NCBI GenBank assembly: GCA_965223795.1
Contig: CBDCXL010000001.1
Span: 64,001 to 128,000, forward strand
Reading direction: 5' to 3'
From: Nitrospinales bacterium
Lineage (GTDB): Bacteria; Nitrospinota; Nitrospinia; Nitrospinales; VA-1
Length of the DNA stretch: 64,000 bases
Positions within the stretch are counted from its first letter, which is position 1. The number at the start of each line of letters is the position of its first letter. The position numbers and the translations under genes are program-made. Positions 11,143 to 21,340 of this stretch are shown here, piece by piece. The notes under the pieces were generated by a model. That model saw only the letters and a program-made list of their open reading frames with translations, ran no database searches and was not told the DNA's origin.

Positions 11143-11493
11143 ATGAATGTGATCGAGTACCTGGGTTATAAAAACCACGTGCGGACCGCGTGGTGGATGC
11201 AGATGGCCGGATGCGGGCTGTTGCTGCTGGTGTATTTCAACGAGGCGGTGCGCGAGCGTTTTTTCTGGCCGTCGCACGTGGGGTTTCTGGTTTTCGCTGT
11301 GCTCGTTCCTTTCCTGATATACCGAAAGATCCGCTGTCCGCAATGCGGTCATCAACTCGTGCGGGTGTTTTCGCTGGGCGGCAAGGGGAAAAACCATCCG
11401 TTTTCCTCCGGCCGGTGCCCGAAATGCGGATTCGCTCCCTACCTGCGGGCAAACCGCAATGTGGACGGCAGCGTCAAACCGACGCCCGCTTAG
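11143..11493 (+). CDS. Hypothetical membrane protein with zinc-ribbon (CPQC...CPKC)
   Basis: ggagg RBS before ATG 11143; two hydrophobic helices then two CxxC. Confidence 0.6.
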   Translation: MNVIEYLGYKNHVRTAWWMQMAGCGLLLLVYFNEAVRERFFWPSHVGFLVFAVLVPFLIYRKIRCPQCGHQLVRVFSLGGKGKNHPFSSGRCPKCGFAPYLRANRNVDGSVKPTPA

Positions 11494-11601
11494 CCTGGAA
11501 AATTAGTCAAACGATTGCAGCAATGGGATTTTGTATTTTCTTGTTTGCGGGGTGCCTCAGCAACGATGAAGCGAGTAGCCGTTGCGCGGCAGACGGAGCG
11601 A

Positions 11602-11802
11602 ATGAGCAGGATATCCATTTCCGCAACGCTGCTTTTTCTTCTGCTCCTGTCGGGCTGCGCCTCCTCCTATCAGAAGGGGCGGGAGCGCTGTGAAGCGGCC
11701 GGTTATCAACCCGGATCGCGCCATTACGCGGAGTGTGTGGAAAATTCCAGGCGGTTCCTCAACCTTCCCGAAACGAACGACGACCCGCGCAGGCCGAAGT
11801 GA
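11602..11802 (+). CDS. Small hypothetical lipoprotein
   Basis: ggag RBS; lipobox LLSGC; C-x3-GY-x-PG-x4-YA-x-C pattern. Confidence 0.55.
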   Translation: MSRISISATLLFLLLLSGCASSYQKGRERCEAAGYQPGSRHYAECVENSRRFLNLPETNDDPRRPK

Positions 11803-12099
11803 GCCGCTGCGGCGCCGCTTTCTTCATTTCCCATTTGTGACCGTCTGTCTGTGATTTTAATATTTCCGAAGGCGTTCGATTGGTGTTGCAGGTTTTCTAA
11901 CCGTTTGCGGAATAAGGCTCTGCGGGGCCACAAGCGGGGCGTGCGATTGCGGCGCACGTGAGGCGATTTTAATTTTTACTACCCGCACAACCCGTTATAC
12001 TGGATGGGATATCCTGCTATTCACCGTTTTTTCGGTGTTAACGATCCGTATTCTCTAAACACCCGTTGACGGGTGATTCGATTGTCATGGAGGTGACTT

Positions 12100-14943
12100 G
12101 TGCTGCAGATTCGATCTTCACGGCGGCTGCTGGGCTGGGTGGTTTGGGTGGTGTGCGTGTTTTTCCTGGTGTCCCTCGCCGAGGCGGTGGGCGACCGCAA
12201 GACCAAAACGCTGGCTCTTGAAAACGGTCTGGACGTTCTTCTGATCCACGATCCGGAGGTCCATCGCAGCGCCGCGGCGCTTTCCGTGGGGACGGGGCAC
12301 CTGTACGACCCGGACGACAAGATGGGGCTCGCGCATTATCTGGAGCACATGCTGTTTCTCGGCACCGAGAAATTCCCGGAGACGGGCAGCTATAAGAAGT
12401 ACCTCAACGAGAACTCGGGCGCCAGCAACGCCTACACGGGCGGGGCCATCACCAATTATTTCTTCCAGGTGTCGCACGAGGCCTTCGAAGGCGCGCTGGA
12501 CCGGTTCAGCGATTTTTTCAAGGCGCCGCTGTTCGACAAGACCTATTCCGAGCGGGAGGTGAACGCGGTCAACAGCGAGCACGACAAGAACAAGCTGCGC
12601 GACGGCTGGCGCGCGAACTACGTCGTGCAGCAGATTTCCGAGGAAGGGCACCCCTTGCGCAAGTTCGGCACCGGCAACAAGGACACGCTCGCGGGGGACA
12701 ACCGGCCGGCGCTGCTCGATTTTTTCAAGAAATACTACGCGGCTTCCAATATGAAGCTCGCCATCATCTCTTCGCAGCCGCTGGAGCTGCAGGCGCAGCT
12801 GGCGAAAAAGTACTTCGCGGCGATTCCCAACCGGCCGGTGACCAAACCGGAGATTCCGCCCACCTTCCGCAAGCCGCTGGACGGCAAGTACCGCCTGCTC
12901 AAGATCAAGATGATCAAGGACACGCGTTCGATGGAGCTGGAATTCCCCACGATCCGCCTGACCGACCATAAGGAAAGCAAACCGGCGTCGATCGTGGCCA
13001 CGGTCATCGGCTACGAGGGCAAGGGTTCGCTGCTCTCCAAGCTGAAGGAAGAAGGGCTGGTGCTGGGGCTGAGCGCCGGAGGCGGGTCGAGCCATCCGGA
13101 CATCAACTCGTTCAGCATCAACGTGTCTCTCACCCGAAAGGGCGTCGTCGAATACGAACGCATTCTCGAGCTTGTGTTTTCCTACATCGACATGTTGAAG
13201 AAGGAGGGATTCAAGGAGTACACCTTCAAGGAAAACCAGACGATGGCGCAGATCGACTTCGACTGGAAGGATCCGGACGAGGGCATGGGGTTCGTCGCGG
13301 GCCGCGCGGCGCTGATGCAGGATTACAAGATCGAGGAAGTGGAGACGCTGCCGTTCCTGTTCAAGAAATACGACCCCGACGCCTACAAGGCGGTGCTCGG
13401 CACGCTGACGCCGGAGAACATGCTGGTGGTGCTGAAGACCAACGCGGTGGAGACGGACAAGAAAGTCAAATATTACGGCGCGGAGTATTCCCTCAAGCAG
13501 GTGGGCGGCGAAGCGTTTCAGAAACTGAAGTCTCCGATCCAGGTCGCCGCGATGCACTACCCGGAAGAGAACGACTTCATTCCGTACAATCTCAAGCTGG
13601 TGAAGGAAGTGCCGCACCTGGTGTGGGACGACGATCTTGCGAAAGTGTGGTTTCAGTTCGACAGCCGCTTCGAGCAGCCGCGCATCTACCTGAAGTTTCT
13701 CATCGAGACGCCGCGCGTCTACGACACTGCGAGAAACTCCAGGCTGTCCTCGCTGTATTTGGCGGCCATCAAGGAAGGGTTGAACGAGATCGTCTATCCC
13801 ATTCAGACCGCCGGACTGTCTTACGGGCTGAGCGGGAGGAAAAAGGGCATCGTGCTGACCATCGGCGGTTATTCCGAACGGGTGGGCGACCTGCTCAAGC
13901 TGGTCATCGAAAACCTCAAGACGGTGAAGATCAGCCAGCAGAAATTCGACGACCTCAAGGAGGCCATGGTGCGCGGGCTGAAAAACAGCAAGCTGGCGCA
14001 GGCGTATTCGCGCGGCGGCTACTACAACCGGCTGATCTGGCTGGATAAGCAGTACACCGAGGAAGAGGCCCTGGAAGCGCTGATGCCGCTGACGCTGGAC
14101 GACGTGAAGGCCTATTCGAATGAGCTTTACGAGCGGGTGTTCATCACCGGAATGGGCCACGGCAACGGCACGGATGAGAAGGTCAAGGAGAGCGTCCGCA
14201 TTCTGCTGGACGGGATTCAGGCGAAGCCGCTGCCGGAAAGCGAGCGCTTCGAGCAGGCGGTCGAGGTGCTGGATTCGAACGAACGGGTCCTGTTTTCCCG
14301 GCAGGTGGAGGACAACAACAATTCCCTGGCCTACAGCGTGCAGATCGGTGAGAAAGACCTGGATCGGCAGGCGCGGGCGCAGATGATCGCCTCCATTCTG
14401 GAAAGCGATTTTTATACGCAGATGCGCACCAACCAGCAGTTGGGCTACATCGTGTGGAGCTTTCAACAGACGCTGGAGGACCGGATGTTTCTGCGCTTCG
14501 TCATTCAGTCCGCCAACCACAGCCCGTTCGAGTTGAACCGCAGGGTGGAAGCCTGGCTGAAAAAGTCCGGGGAACTGCTGGACAAGGTCACCGACGAGGA
14601 GTTCGAAAAACACCGGGCGAGCATCATCGTGTCGCTGGAAAAAAAGGGAGAGAGCATCGCCGAGGTGATGGGCGATCTGTATTATCTCGCGACCGAGGAA
14701 GAAGGGGATTTCCGCTATAAACAAAAACTGATCGAGGCCGTTAAGAAGCTGAAGAAGGAAGAAGTCCTGGCCGCCGGCCGCAAATGGCTGACAGAACCGA
14801 AAACGCCCCGCCTGGTCGTGCTCATGCGTTCCCGGGACAACGACGAAGCGGTGCCCGAAGGAGTGCTTACGGAAGTGAGCCAGTTTAAAAACCGCAAAAC
14901 CACCCACGCAGGCCGCGCTACGGCCGGGGGCGAAGGTTCGTGA
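12100..14943 (+). CDS. M16 insulinase/pitrilysin family zinc peptidase, exported
   Basis: Inverted zinc motif HYLEHMLFLG, NAYT, RTNQQLGYIV; N-terminal signal peptide. Confidence 0.92.
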   Translation: MLQIRSSRRLLGWVVWVVCVFFLVSLAEAVGDRKTKTLALENGLDVLLIHDPEVHRSAAALSVGTGHLYDPDDKMGLAHYLEHMLFLGTEKFPETGSYKKYLNENSGASNAYTGGAITNYFFQVSHEAFEGALDRFSDFFKAPLFDKTYSEREVNAVNSEHDKNKLRDGWRANYVVQQISEEGHPLRKFGTGNKDTLAGDNRPALLDFFKKYYAASNMKLAIISSQPLELQAQLAKKYFAAIPNRPVTKPEIPPTFRKPLDGKYRLLKIKMIKDTRSMELEFPTIRLTDHKESKPASIVATVIGYEGKGSLLSKLKEEGLVLGLSAGGGSSHPDINSFSINVSLTRKGVVEYERILELVFSYIDMLKKEGFKEYTFKENQTMAQIDFDWKDPDEGMGFVAGRAALMQDYKIEEVETLPFLFKKYDPDAYKAVLGTLTPENMLVVLKTNAVETDKKVKYYGAEYSLKQVGGEAFQKLKSPIQVAAMHYPEENDFIPYNLKLVKEVPHLVWDDDLAKVWFQFDSRFEQPRIYLKFLIETPRVYDTARNSRLSSLYLAAIKEGLNEIVYPIQTAGLSYGLSGRKKGIVLTIGGYSERVGDLLKLVIENLKTVKISQQKFDDLKEAMVRGLKNSKLAQAYSRGGYYNRLIWLDKQYTEEEALEALMPLTLDDVKAYSNELYERVFITGMGHGNGTDEKVKESVRILLDGIQAKPLPESERFEQAVEVLDSNERVLFSRQVEDNNNSLAYSVQIGEKDLDRQARAQMIASILESDFYTQMRTNQQLGYIVWSFQQTLEDRMFLRFVIQSANHSPFELNRRVEAWLKKSGELLDKVTDEEFEKHRASIIVSLEKKGESIAEVMGDLYYLATEEEGDFRYKQKLIEAVKKLKKEEVLAAGRKWLTEPKTPRLVVLMRSRDNDEAVPEGVLTEVSQFKNRKTTHAGRATAGGEGS

Positions 14944-16478
14944 AATTCGCCTCCCTGCTCAAGCGGGGGATGAACCTGGTCAAGGTGGGGCGTGCGGTGC
15001 GCACGCTCCGGACCGCGGACGATGCGGAAAAGCGGGTCTGGGCGAAAAACTACCTCATCGAGATCCTGGGCCGGTCGCGCGGGCTGCCTGCCAAGGCCGG
15101 GCAGTTCATGACGCTGGGCGGGGACGACGGCGATCTCAGGGATACGCTGAACGGCGCCATCCCGCCCATGCCCACGGACCAGGCGGTGTCCATCCTGGAA
15201 ACCGCGCTCGGCGCTCCCCTCGACACCCATTTCAAGAGCCTCAACGATGCGCCCAAAGCGGCGTCTTTGGGACAGGTGCATTTTGGCACGCTCAGGGACG
15301 GCACGCCCGTGGCGGTGAAGGTCCAGTACCCGGACATCCGCCAGTGCGTTGAAGCGGAAATGGATCTGCTCGGCTGGATGCCGAAGGTGGGGCCGGTGGC
15401 GAAGTGGGGTTTTTCGATGGAAGGCTACCGCGACGCGTTCTGGAACAATTTCCGTAAAGAACTCGATTACACGCGCGAGATCCGGCATCAGCAGCAGTAC
15501 GGAAAAATGGCCGCGCCGCTCAAGGACGTCGTGGTGCCGGACGTGATCGAATCCTTGTGTCGCCCCAACGTGCTGGTGCAGCGGCTTGAGGAAGGGTTCG
15601 ACCTCGACAAGGCGCAGGGCCTGCATGAGCCGCAGCGCCAGAGGATCGGTAAGGTGCTGCTGGCGCATTACCTGCACATGCTGTTCAACCACGGCTTCGT
15701 GCACGCCGATCCGCAGCCGGGCAATTTCGCGTTCCGCCAGACCGGGCGCGACCGCTTCGCGCTGATCCTGTACGACTTCGGCTGCGTGCTGGAGATCAAC
15801 GACACGGTGCGGCTGGCGCTGCTGCGCACCATCCTGGCGCTGCAGAACCACGAAGCCGCCGACCCGGTGGCCTGCCTGGCACTGGCGGGGTTCGACGCGC
15901 AGAAGCTGGAGGACCTCAGGCCGACTCTGCCCGCTCTGTTACAGGTTCTGTTCGAGCCGTTTCTCTGCGAAGGCGCGTACGACATCAAAGCGTGGAGGAT
16001 GAGCGAGCGCTTCGACGCCATCGTGGGCGATCTCAAGTGGTGGTTCCGCTCGGCGGCGCCGCCGGAGTTGATCTTCCTCATGCGCACCCTGCACGGGCTC
16101 GCCGTCATGCTGGAGCGGCTCGATGTGAAGCTGCCGTGGAAGTTCATGCTGCACGAGCTGTGCGGCCAGCAGTTTCCCGCGGCGCAGGCCCTCACACTGC
16201 CGCCGCCAGCGGAATCGGCGGTGAAGTTCAGCGGCATCGCGCGCTATTTGCAGGTGCACGTGGTCAAACCGAACGGCAACAAGATCAAGCTCACCATGCC
16301 CGCGCGCGTGGCGGACGATTTGCGCGGCGTCATCGACCCGCCGGTGCTGGAATCCATAAAACGGCAGAGCATCGACCTCGACGCCATTCAGCAGCGCGTG
16401 CGCCGGTCCGGCTTCGTGCCGCAGACGGTGTTCGACCTCAGCGACCCGGAACGCGAAGTCAGGGTGTGGCTGGAGTGA
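14940..16478 (+). CDS. ABC1/AarF/UbiB family atypical kinase
   Basis: KAGQ, AASLGQVH, VAVKVQYP, ELDY..E, HADPQPGNF, YDFG. Confidence 0.9.
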   Translation: MKFASLLKRGMNLVKVGRAVRTLRTADDAEKRVWAKNYLIEILGRSRGLPAKAGQFMTLGGDDGDLRDTLNGAIPPMPTDQAVSILETALGAPLDTHFKSLNDAPKAASLGQVHFGTLRDGTPVAVKVQYPDIRQCVEAEMDLLGWMPKVGPVAKWGFSMEGYRDAFWNNFRKELDYTREIRHQQQYGKMAAPLKDVVVPDVIESLCRPNVLVQRLEEGFDLDKAQGLHEPQRQRIGKVLLAHYLHMLFNHGFVHADPQPGNFAFRQTGRDRFALILYDFGCVLEINDTVRLALLRTILALQNHEAADPVACLALAGFDAQKLEDLRPTLPALLQVLFEPFLCEGAYDIKAWRMSERFDAIVGDLKWWFRSAAPPELIFLMRTLHGLAVMLERLDVKLPWKFMLHELCGQQFPAAQALTLPPPAESAVKFSGIARYLQVHVVKPNGNKIKLTMPARVADDLRGVIDPPVLESIKRQSIDLDAIQQRVRRSGFVPQTVFDLSDPEREVRVWLE

Positions 16479-16500
16479 GAGCCTGCGTGCGGAGCCGACT

Positions 16501-16836
16501 GTGACCGATCCGGCGCGATTTTTAGCGAAACGGCAGGCGCTGGTGAAAGCCTGGCCCTGGGCGGCGGGGTTTCTTTTTGTGTTGCTGGCGGGGTTCGTGA
16601 TTTACCTGTTCGTGCGCACGCCGCTGATGGTCAATCCCTTCCTGATGGCCGAAACGCTGGCCGAAAACGGGCTGGAACCCGCCACCCTTTCCCTGTATGC
16701 CGCCCTCACTCCGGTTTTCCTCGATACGGTGCTGTTCCTGCTGTTGATCCTCATCCTGTTTCTGATCGACCGCATGTGGGCGGAAAAAAAATTCCTCAAC
16801 ATCATCCAGGATCTCAAGGGCAAGCGGACAGACTGA
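16501..16836 (+). CDS. Hypothetical membrane protein
   Basis: ggag RBS; two hydrophobic segments. Confidence 0.65.
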   Translation: MTDPARFLAKRQALVKAWPWAAGFLFVLLAGFVIYLFVRTPLMVNPFLMAETLAENGLEPATLSLYAALTPVFLDTVLFLLLILILFLIDRMWAEKKFLNIIQDLKGKRTD

Positions 16837-16975
16837 CTGTCATCCTCCATCGTGATGGTGCCGATAAACGGCAGGACGGAGGAGCTGGTGGAGTTAGGAT
16901 TGTCGGCGCACGCGTATGTTCCCCGCCTTTACCGGCGGGGAGGGTGGATTCCGATCAAACCTGCGCGAACGGTGT

Positions 16976-18376
16976 TCAGGAGCAGGCGGCGATCTCGGCC
17001 TTGAGGTCGGGCTTGACGGCGACGTGGGGCACGGTCTTTTTCACCATGGCGTTGGTGTTTTTGACGGCCAGCTTGTCGAACAGGAAGTCGAACTTGCCTT
17101 CCAGTTCCTTGCCGATGGCGCTGCGGATGTCCTGGGGCAGGGCCCAGAATTTCGGCTTGAACTCGCCGAAGCCTTTTTTGCGGGTCTTGTAGATGAACTG
17201 CTCGTCGGTCATGTCCGCTTTTTTCTCGCCCGCGAATTTCTTGCGCAGGTGCTTGTAGATCTCTTCCTTGAAGTCTTTCGGAAAGTGGCTGCTGTCGTAG
17301 ATCATGTTCTGAAAATCGGTGGCGAGGTGGATTTCCGCGGTTTCCAGTTCCGGAAACTTGTTGAACAGGTCCGCCGGAAGGGTGGACGCGCCGTGCTGCA
17401 CGGCTCCGGCGAGGCCGTAGCTTTCGCGTGAAATGCGCGACAGCTTGTCCAGGGTCTCGAAATCCAGGTTCACTTCGGCGACGCTGCCGTCGGGCAGCGG
17501 CACGCCCCCGTGCGAGGTGCCGGTCTGGATGGAAATCTTGCTGATGCCTTTGGCTCCGGGATTGGTTTTTTCCAGCAGTTCGTTGAAATTGTCCAGATAG
17601 GCGCGCAGTTCCTGCTCGTTGCTGTTCTGTTTGCCCACTTCGCCGATCTCGCCGCCGACGGAGACGGTGACGCCTTCCGGCTCCAGCTCGCGCACGTAGT
17701 TGGTGAGCTCGACGCCGACTTCGTAATTGAGGCGCTGCTGCTCGGCGACGCTGTCGTGGCTGAGATCCACCAGTGTGGAGGTATCGATGTCGATGTTGTA
17801 AAAACCCGCGCCGATGCCGCGCCGGATGAGTTCCTTGAGCCCCTCGATCTCTTTTTTCGGGTCCGTCGCGTATTTTTCGGCGTTCACCTGGAAGTGGTCG
17901 CCCTGGATGAAAACCGGTCCTTTGTGTCTTTCCTTGATGGCGGCGGCGAGCACCACCGCGGCGACCTCGTGCGGCAATTGAAAGGTGTAGCCGATTTCGG
18001 ATTTGGCGATCTCGAAGATCAGCGCGCCGCAGTCGACCTTGTGGGCGGAGCGGAACACGGCGCGGCACATGTCGTAGGACATGCCGCGGACATTGAGCGC
18101 GGGCACGGTGAATCCCTTCACTTCGCCGCGGCCTCGGGCTTCGTACAGTCCCTGGATGGACGCCGGGACGATGCCCATCTCCTGCGCCGCGGATTTGATG
18201 AGATATCGAGAAAAACCCTTGATTTCGTTGGACTCGTTGAGAACGGCGTTTTCCACCAGGGTGTCGATGTAGGCATCTCGGAGCTTGTCCTCGTTTTCCA
18301 GTTTGACGCTGCCGTTGTTCTGGCCGACGATTCCCTTCAGTTGATCGGTGATTTCGCTCGTGTTGGAAAACAGCAT
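16976..18376 (-). CDS. Class II fructose-bisphosphate aldolase family protein
   Basis: VPALNVR, QGDH, GGEIGEVG, GTSHGG, VQHGAS metal-ligand motifs. Confidence 0.85.
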   Translation of the reverse strand: MLFSNTSEITDQLKGIVGQNNGSVKLENEDKLRDAYIDTLVENAVLNESNEIKGFSRYLIKSAAQEMGIVPASIQGLYEARGRGEVKGFTVPALNVRGMSYDMCRAVFRSAHKVDCGALIFEIAKSEIGYTFQLPHEVAAVVLAAAIKERHKGPVFIQGDHFQVNAEKYATDPKKEIEGLKELIRRGIGAGFYNIDIDTSTLVDLSHDSVAEQQRLNYEVGVELTNYVRELEPEGVTVSVGGEIGEVGKQNSNEQELRAYLDNFNELLEKTNPGAKGISKISIQTGTSHGGVPLPDGSVAEVNLDFETLDKLSRISRESYGLAGAVQHGASTLPADLFNKFPELETAEIHLATDFQNMIYDSSHFPKDFKEEIYKHLRKKFAGEKKADMTDEQFIYKTRKKGFGEFKPKFWALPQDIRSAIGKELEGKFDFLFDKLAVKNTNAMVKKTVPHVAVKPDLKAEIAACS

Positions 18377-18800
18377 GGGACTCTCCTTGACGGTTGGGTT
18401 TATTCTGAAAAATCCGGTGAAACACCCTGGATTTCCGGGCCGTTTTCACCTGGGATTGTCGGGCGGATTTCCACGCAACCTGGATCGACTGTCCTCAACG
18501 TTACATTAAATGTCGTCTGGGTGTGGTTTGAATTTGGCTAGGGATTGCCCTTTATTTCTATTTTAGCCAAAAATATCCCCGGAGGCAAAACATCTTTGCG
18601 CAGCAGGGGTTTTCGCTTGTGGGCCAATTAATTCAAGGCATTTTCAGACCCCTGAGCGGCTGATTCCGGAGGTCTGGATCGGCGTTCGGAAACCTGCCGG
18701 AAAATACCGCGGCCCGGAACCGTTTTTCGCTGTGTTCCCGGATTGAGGTGGAAGCGTATAAAGGGTTGGAAACACAGTGCTAACCAACCACCGTTTCTTG

Positions 18801-18842
18801 TTGACAGCCTCGAATAATTTGTTAGAATTTCACAACAAATTA
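18801..18842 (+). promoter_or_regulatory. Sigma-70 promoter with overlapping inverted-repeat operator
   Basis: ttgaca-16 nt-tagaat with TGn extension; taatttgtt-N10-aacaaatta spans the -10 element. Confidence 0.6.
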
Positions 18843-18962
18843 AGCACCACCCCCGTTTTTCATTCCGTTAGCTCCGAAACCAATGCGGGAATGAACTTTA
18901 AAGCCTGAAAACCATTACCGACCCCCGGCGGACCGGGCGGCGGGAAGGGAGAGATAAACCCC

Positions 18963-20957
18963 ATGTTTAAAAATATTTATCTGCCTGTCGACAATTCCGA
19001 TTTTTCCAATACCTGCATCGATTTGGGACTGGAGTTTGCTGTTGACGGTGAAACGACCATCACGGCCAGTCATGTGTACGCCGCCAAAATGCACGATGTG
19101 CGTTTCAGACAAATGGAGAGCGGCCTGCCTGAAGAGTATCAGGATGAGGAGGAACTGGAGAAACAGCGCAACATTCATGATCAGCTCATCACCAAAGGGA
19201 TGGAAGTGATCACCGACTCCTATCTGGAAGTCCCCAAACGGCGCTGTGAAGAGGCGGGCGTTCCTTTCGTGGGCAAATCCCTGGAAGGCCGCAACTGGAT
19301 CGAACTGGTGCGGGACATCAAAGAGTCCCCGTACGATCTGGTCATCATGGGAGCCCTCGGTCTCGGAGCCATCAAGGACAGCATGATCGGCACGGTTGCC
19401 GAGCGGGTCATCCGCCGGTCGCAGACGGACATGCTGGTGGTCAAGTACATTCCGGAACTGCATGGGGAGCGGCCGTCGAGCGGCAAGATCGTCGTTGCGG
19501 TGGACGGCAGCGGCCATTCCTTCGGCGGCTTGAAAACCGGCATCGAACTCGCCAAGCATCTCAACCGGCCTCTGGAAATCATCTCCACTTTCGACCCGTA
19601 TTTCCACTACGCGATGTTCAACAGCCTCACCGGCGTTCTCACCAAGGAAGCCGGCAAGGTGTTCAAGTTCGAGCAGCAGGAAAAACTGCACGAGGACATC
19701 ATCGACAAGGGACTGGCGAAAATTTACCAGGCGCACCTGGAAATCTCCAAAAAGATCGTCGAGGAAGAGGGGATGGAATGCACCATCCGGCTGCTCGACG
19801 GCAAGGTGTTCGAAAAAGTATTGCAGTACGCGCGCGAAGAAAATCCGTACCTGCTCATCCTGGGCCGCATCGGCGTGCACAGCGCCCCGGACATGGACAT
19901 CGGCGGCAACACCGAGAACCTGCTGCGGCTGGTTCCCTGCAACGTCTACCTTTCCAGCAAAGTGTTCAAGCCGCCGATCGACATGCAGGCGGAAGAGAGC
20001 ATCGAGTGGACGGCGGAAGCGAAAGAGCGGCTCAAGAAGATCCCCGGCTTCGTCCGGCCCATGGCCACCTCGGCGATTCTGCGCTACGCTCTGGAGCGCG
20101 GCCACAGCATGATCACTTCCAGCGTCATCACCGAGGCGGTGGAGAACATTCTGCCCGCCGGCGCCATGCAGGCCATGCGCGCGATCGGCGAGAACATGAA
20201 GAAAGAGGGTGTCGATCCGGAAGGTCCGGAAGTGCTGGGCAAACTGAAAGACCAGATGATGGAAGCCCACTCCGGCAAGAGCGCGGAAGAAGTCACGCTC
20301 AAATGTACGAGCTGCGGCACCATTCTGAAAGGCGACGTGGTGCGCTGCGGTGTCTGCGACGCGACTTCGGAACGTTTCCTGCCGATCGACAAGGAAGAGT
20401 TCAAGCCCGATCAGAAGGAAGAGGAACAGAAAACGGAAGTCACGACGTTCGACGACGTGGTGGTCACCTGGACGCAGGACGCGATGGACTACCTGGACGA
20501 GATCCCGGAAGGGCACGTCCGGCGGCGCGCACGGGCACGCATCGAAAAGAGCGCCCGCGTGCAGAAGATCGCTACCATTTCCCGCGCCTTCGCCAGCAAG
20601 ATCATCAACGAAAAGGCCGTCAAGGAAGACGTCGACGGCAATGGCAACGGCAATGGCGCGAATGGCAACGGGACCAAAACCATTCAGGAAGTCATGGAGT
20701 ATGGCGCGGCGTCCAGCCCGGAGGATTTCAACTGGAGCAAGGAGGCGCTGGAACGGCTCGAGCGGGTGCCCAAGGGCTTCATGCGCGACAACACGCGCAA
20801 CCGCGTGATGGGTTACGCCAAGCTCAACGGCATTCAGGACATCTCTCTGGAAGTCTGCGAAAAAGGCATCGAGGAATCCGTCAAGCTGATGGAGGAAGCC
20901 ATCAAAAACGGCGCGACGCTGGACGACTTCCTGCCGAAAAAGGAAGTGGGCGCCTGA
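18963..20957 (+). CDS. Universal stress protein (two USP domains) fused to three PCP_red-like helical domains and a zinc ribbon
   Basis: PVDNS / AVDGS, DLVIMGALG..IGTVAERV; repeats WTAEAKERLKKIPGFVR, WTQDAMDYLDEIP, WSKEALERLERVPKGFMR; CTSC..CGVC. Confidence 0.85.
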   Translation: MFKNIYLPVDNSDFSNTCIDLGLEFAVDGETTITASHVYAAKMHDVRFRQMESGLPEEYQDEEELEKQRNIHDQLITKGMEVITDSYLEVPKRRCEEAGVPFVGKSLEGRNWIELVRDIKESPYDLVIMGALGLGAIKDSMIGTVAERVIRRSQTDMLVVKYIPELHGERPSSGKIVVAVDGSGHSFGGLKTGIELAKHLNRPLEIISTFDPYFHYAMFNSLTGVLTKEAGKVFKFEQQEKLHEDIIDKGLAKIYQAHLEISKKIVEEEGMECTIRLLDGKVFEKVLQYAREENPYLLILGRIGVHSAPDMDIGGNTENLLRLVPCNVYLSSKVFKPPIDMQAEESIEWTAEAKERLKKIPGFVRPMATSAILRYALERGHSMITSSVITEAVENILPAGAMQAMRAIGENMKKEGVDPEGPEVLGKLKDQMMEAHSGKSAEEVTLKCTSCGTILKGDVVRCGVCDATSERFLPIDKEEFKPDQKEEEQKTEVTTFDDVVVTWTQDAMDYLDEIPEGHVRRRARARIEKSARVQKIATISRAFASKIINEKAVKEDVDGNGNGNGANGNGTKTIQEVMEYGAASSPEDFNWSKEALERLERVPKGFMRDNTRNRVMGYAKLNGIQDISLEVCEKGIEESVKLMEEAIKNGATLDDFLPKKEVGA

Positions 20958-20988
20958 CGAACCCGTTTCCCGATTGCAACGATTCATC

Positions 20989-21023
20989 ACCCGGTATCGA
21001 TTTTTCGATACCGGGTTTTTTTT
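20989..21023 (+). terminator. Intrinsic terminator
   Basis: acccggtatcga-tttt-tcgataccgggt plus T tract. Confidence 0.85.
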
Positions 21024-21100
21024 GCTTTAACAAAGACAAATAGAAAACACTTGGACAGGATAAAAAATAAGAGAAGTTTTATAAATGTTAAAGGCAATAG

Positions 21101-21130
21101 AACCGCAAAGACGCAAAGAGCGCAAAGAAA
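21101..21130. repeat. cgcaaag-type short repeat (family C)
   Basis: aaccgcaaagacgcaaagagcgcaaag, nearly identical to 30678-30704. Confidence 0.7.
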
Positions 21131-21340
21131 TGAAAGTAGGGTGGTAACCCCTTTTATTTTCCTTGAGCCACCCGCTCATTAAAATACGGGAAGTGGCTTG
21201 TGTGAGGGGTGGATAAGAGGCATTAATGCTATGCGACAGCAACTGAAAATGCCTGACAAACCAGTCATAAGCGGCTGTATCAATCTGAAAACAGTGAGTT
21301 TGATTAGATTTCCCGGCGGCGGGGCCTTAAAATAAAAGGA

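Noticed and set aside
12118..14907. 929-aa antisense ORF, and similar long shadow ORFs (18915-20990, 33081-35168, 45577-47616, 52463-54349, 57266-58843)
   Set aside because: They mirror well-supported genes on the opposite strand, a common result of GC-rich codon bias, and carry no protein motifs
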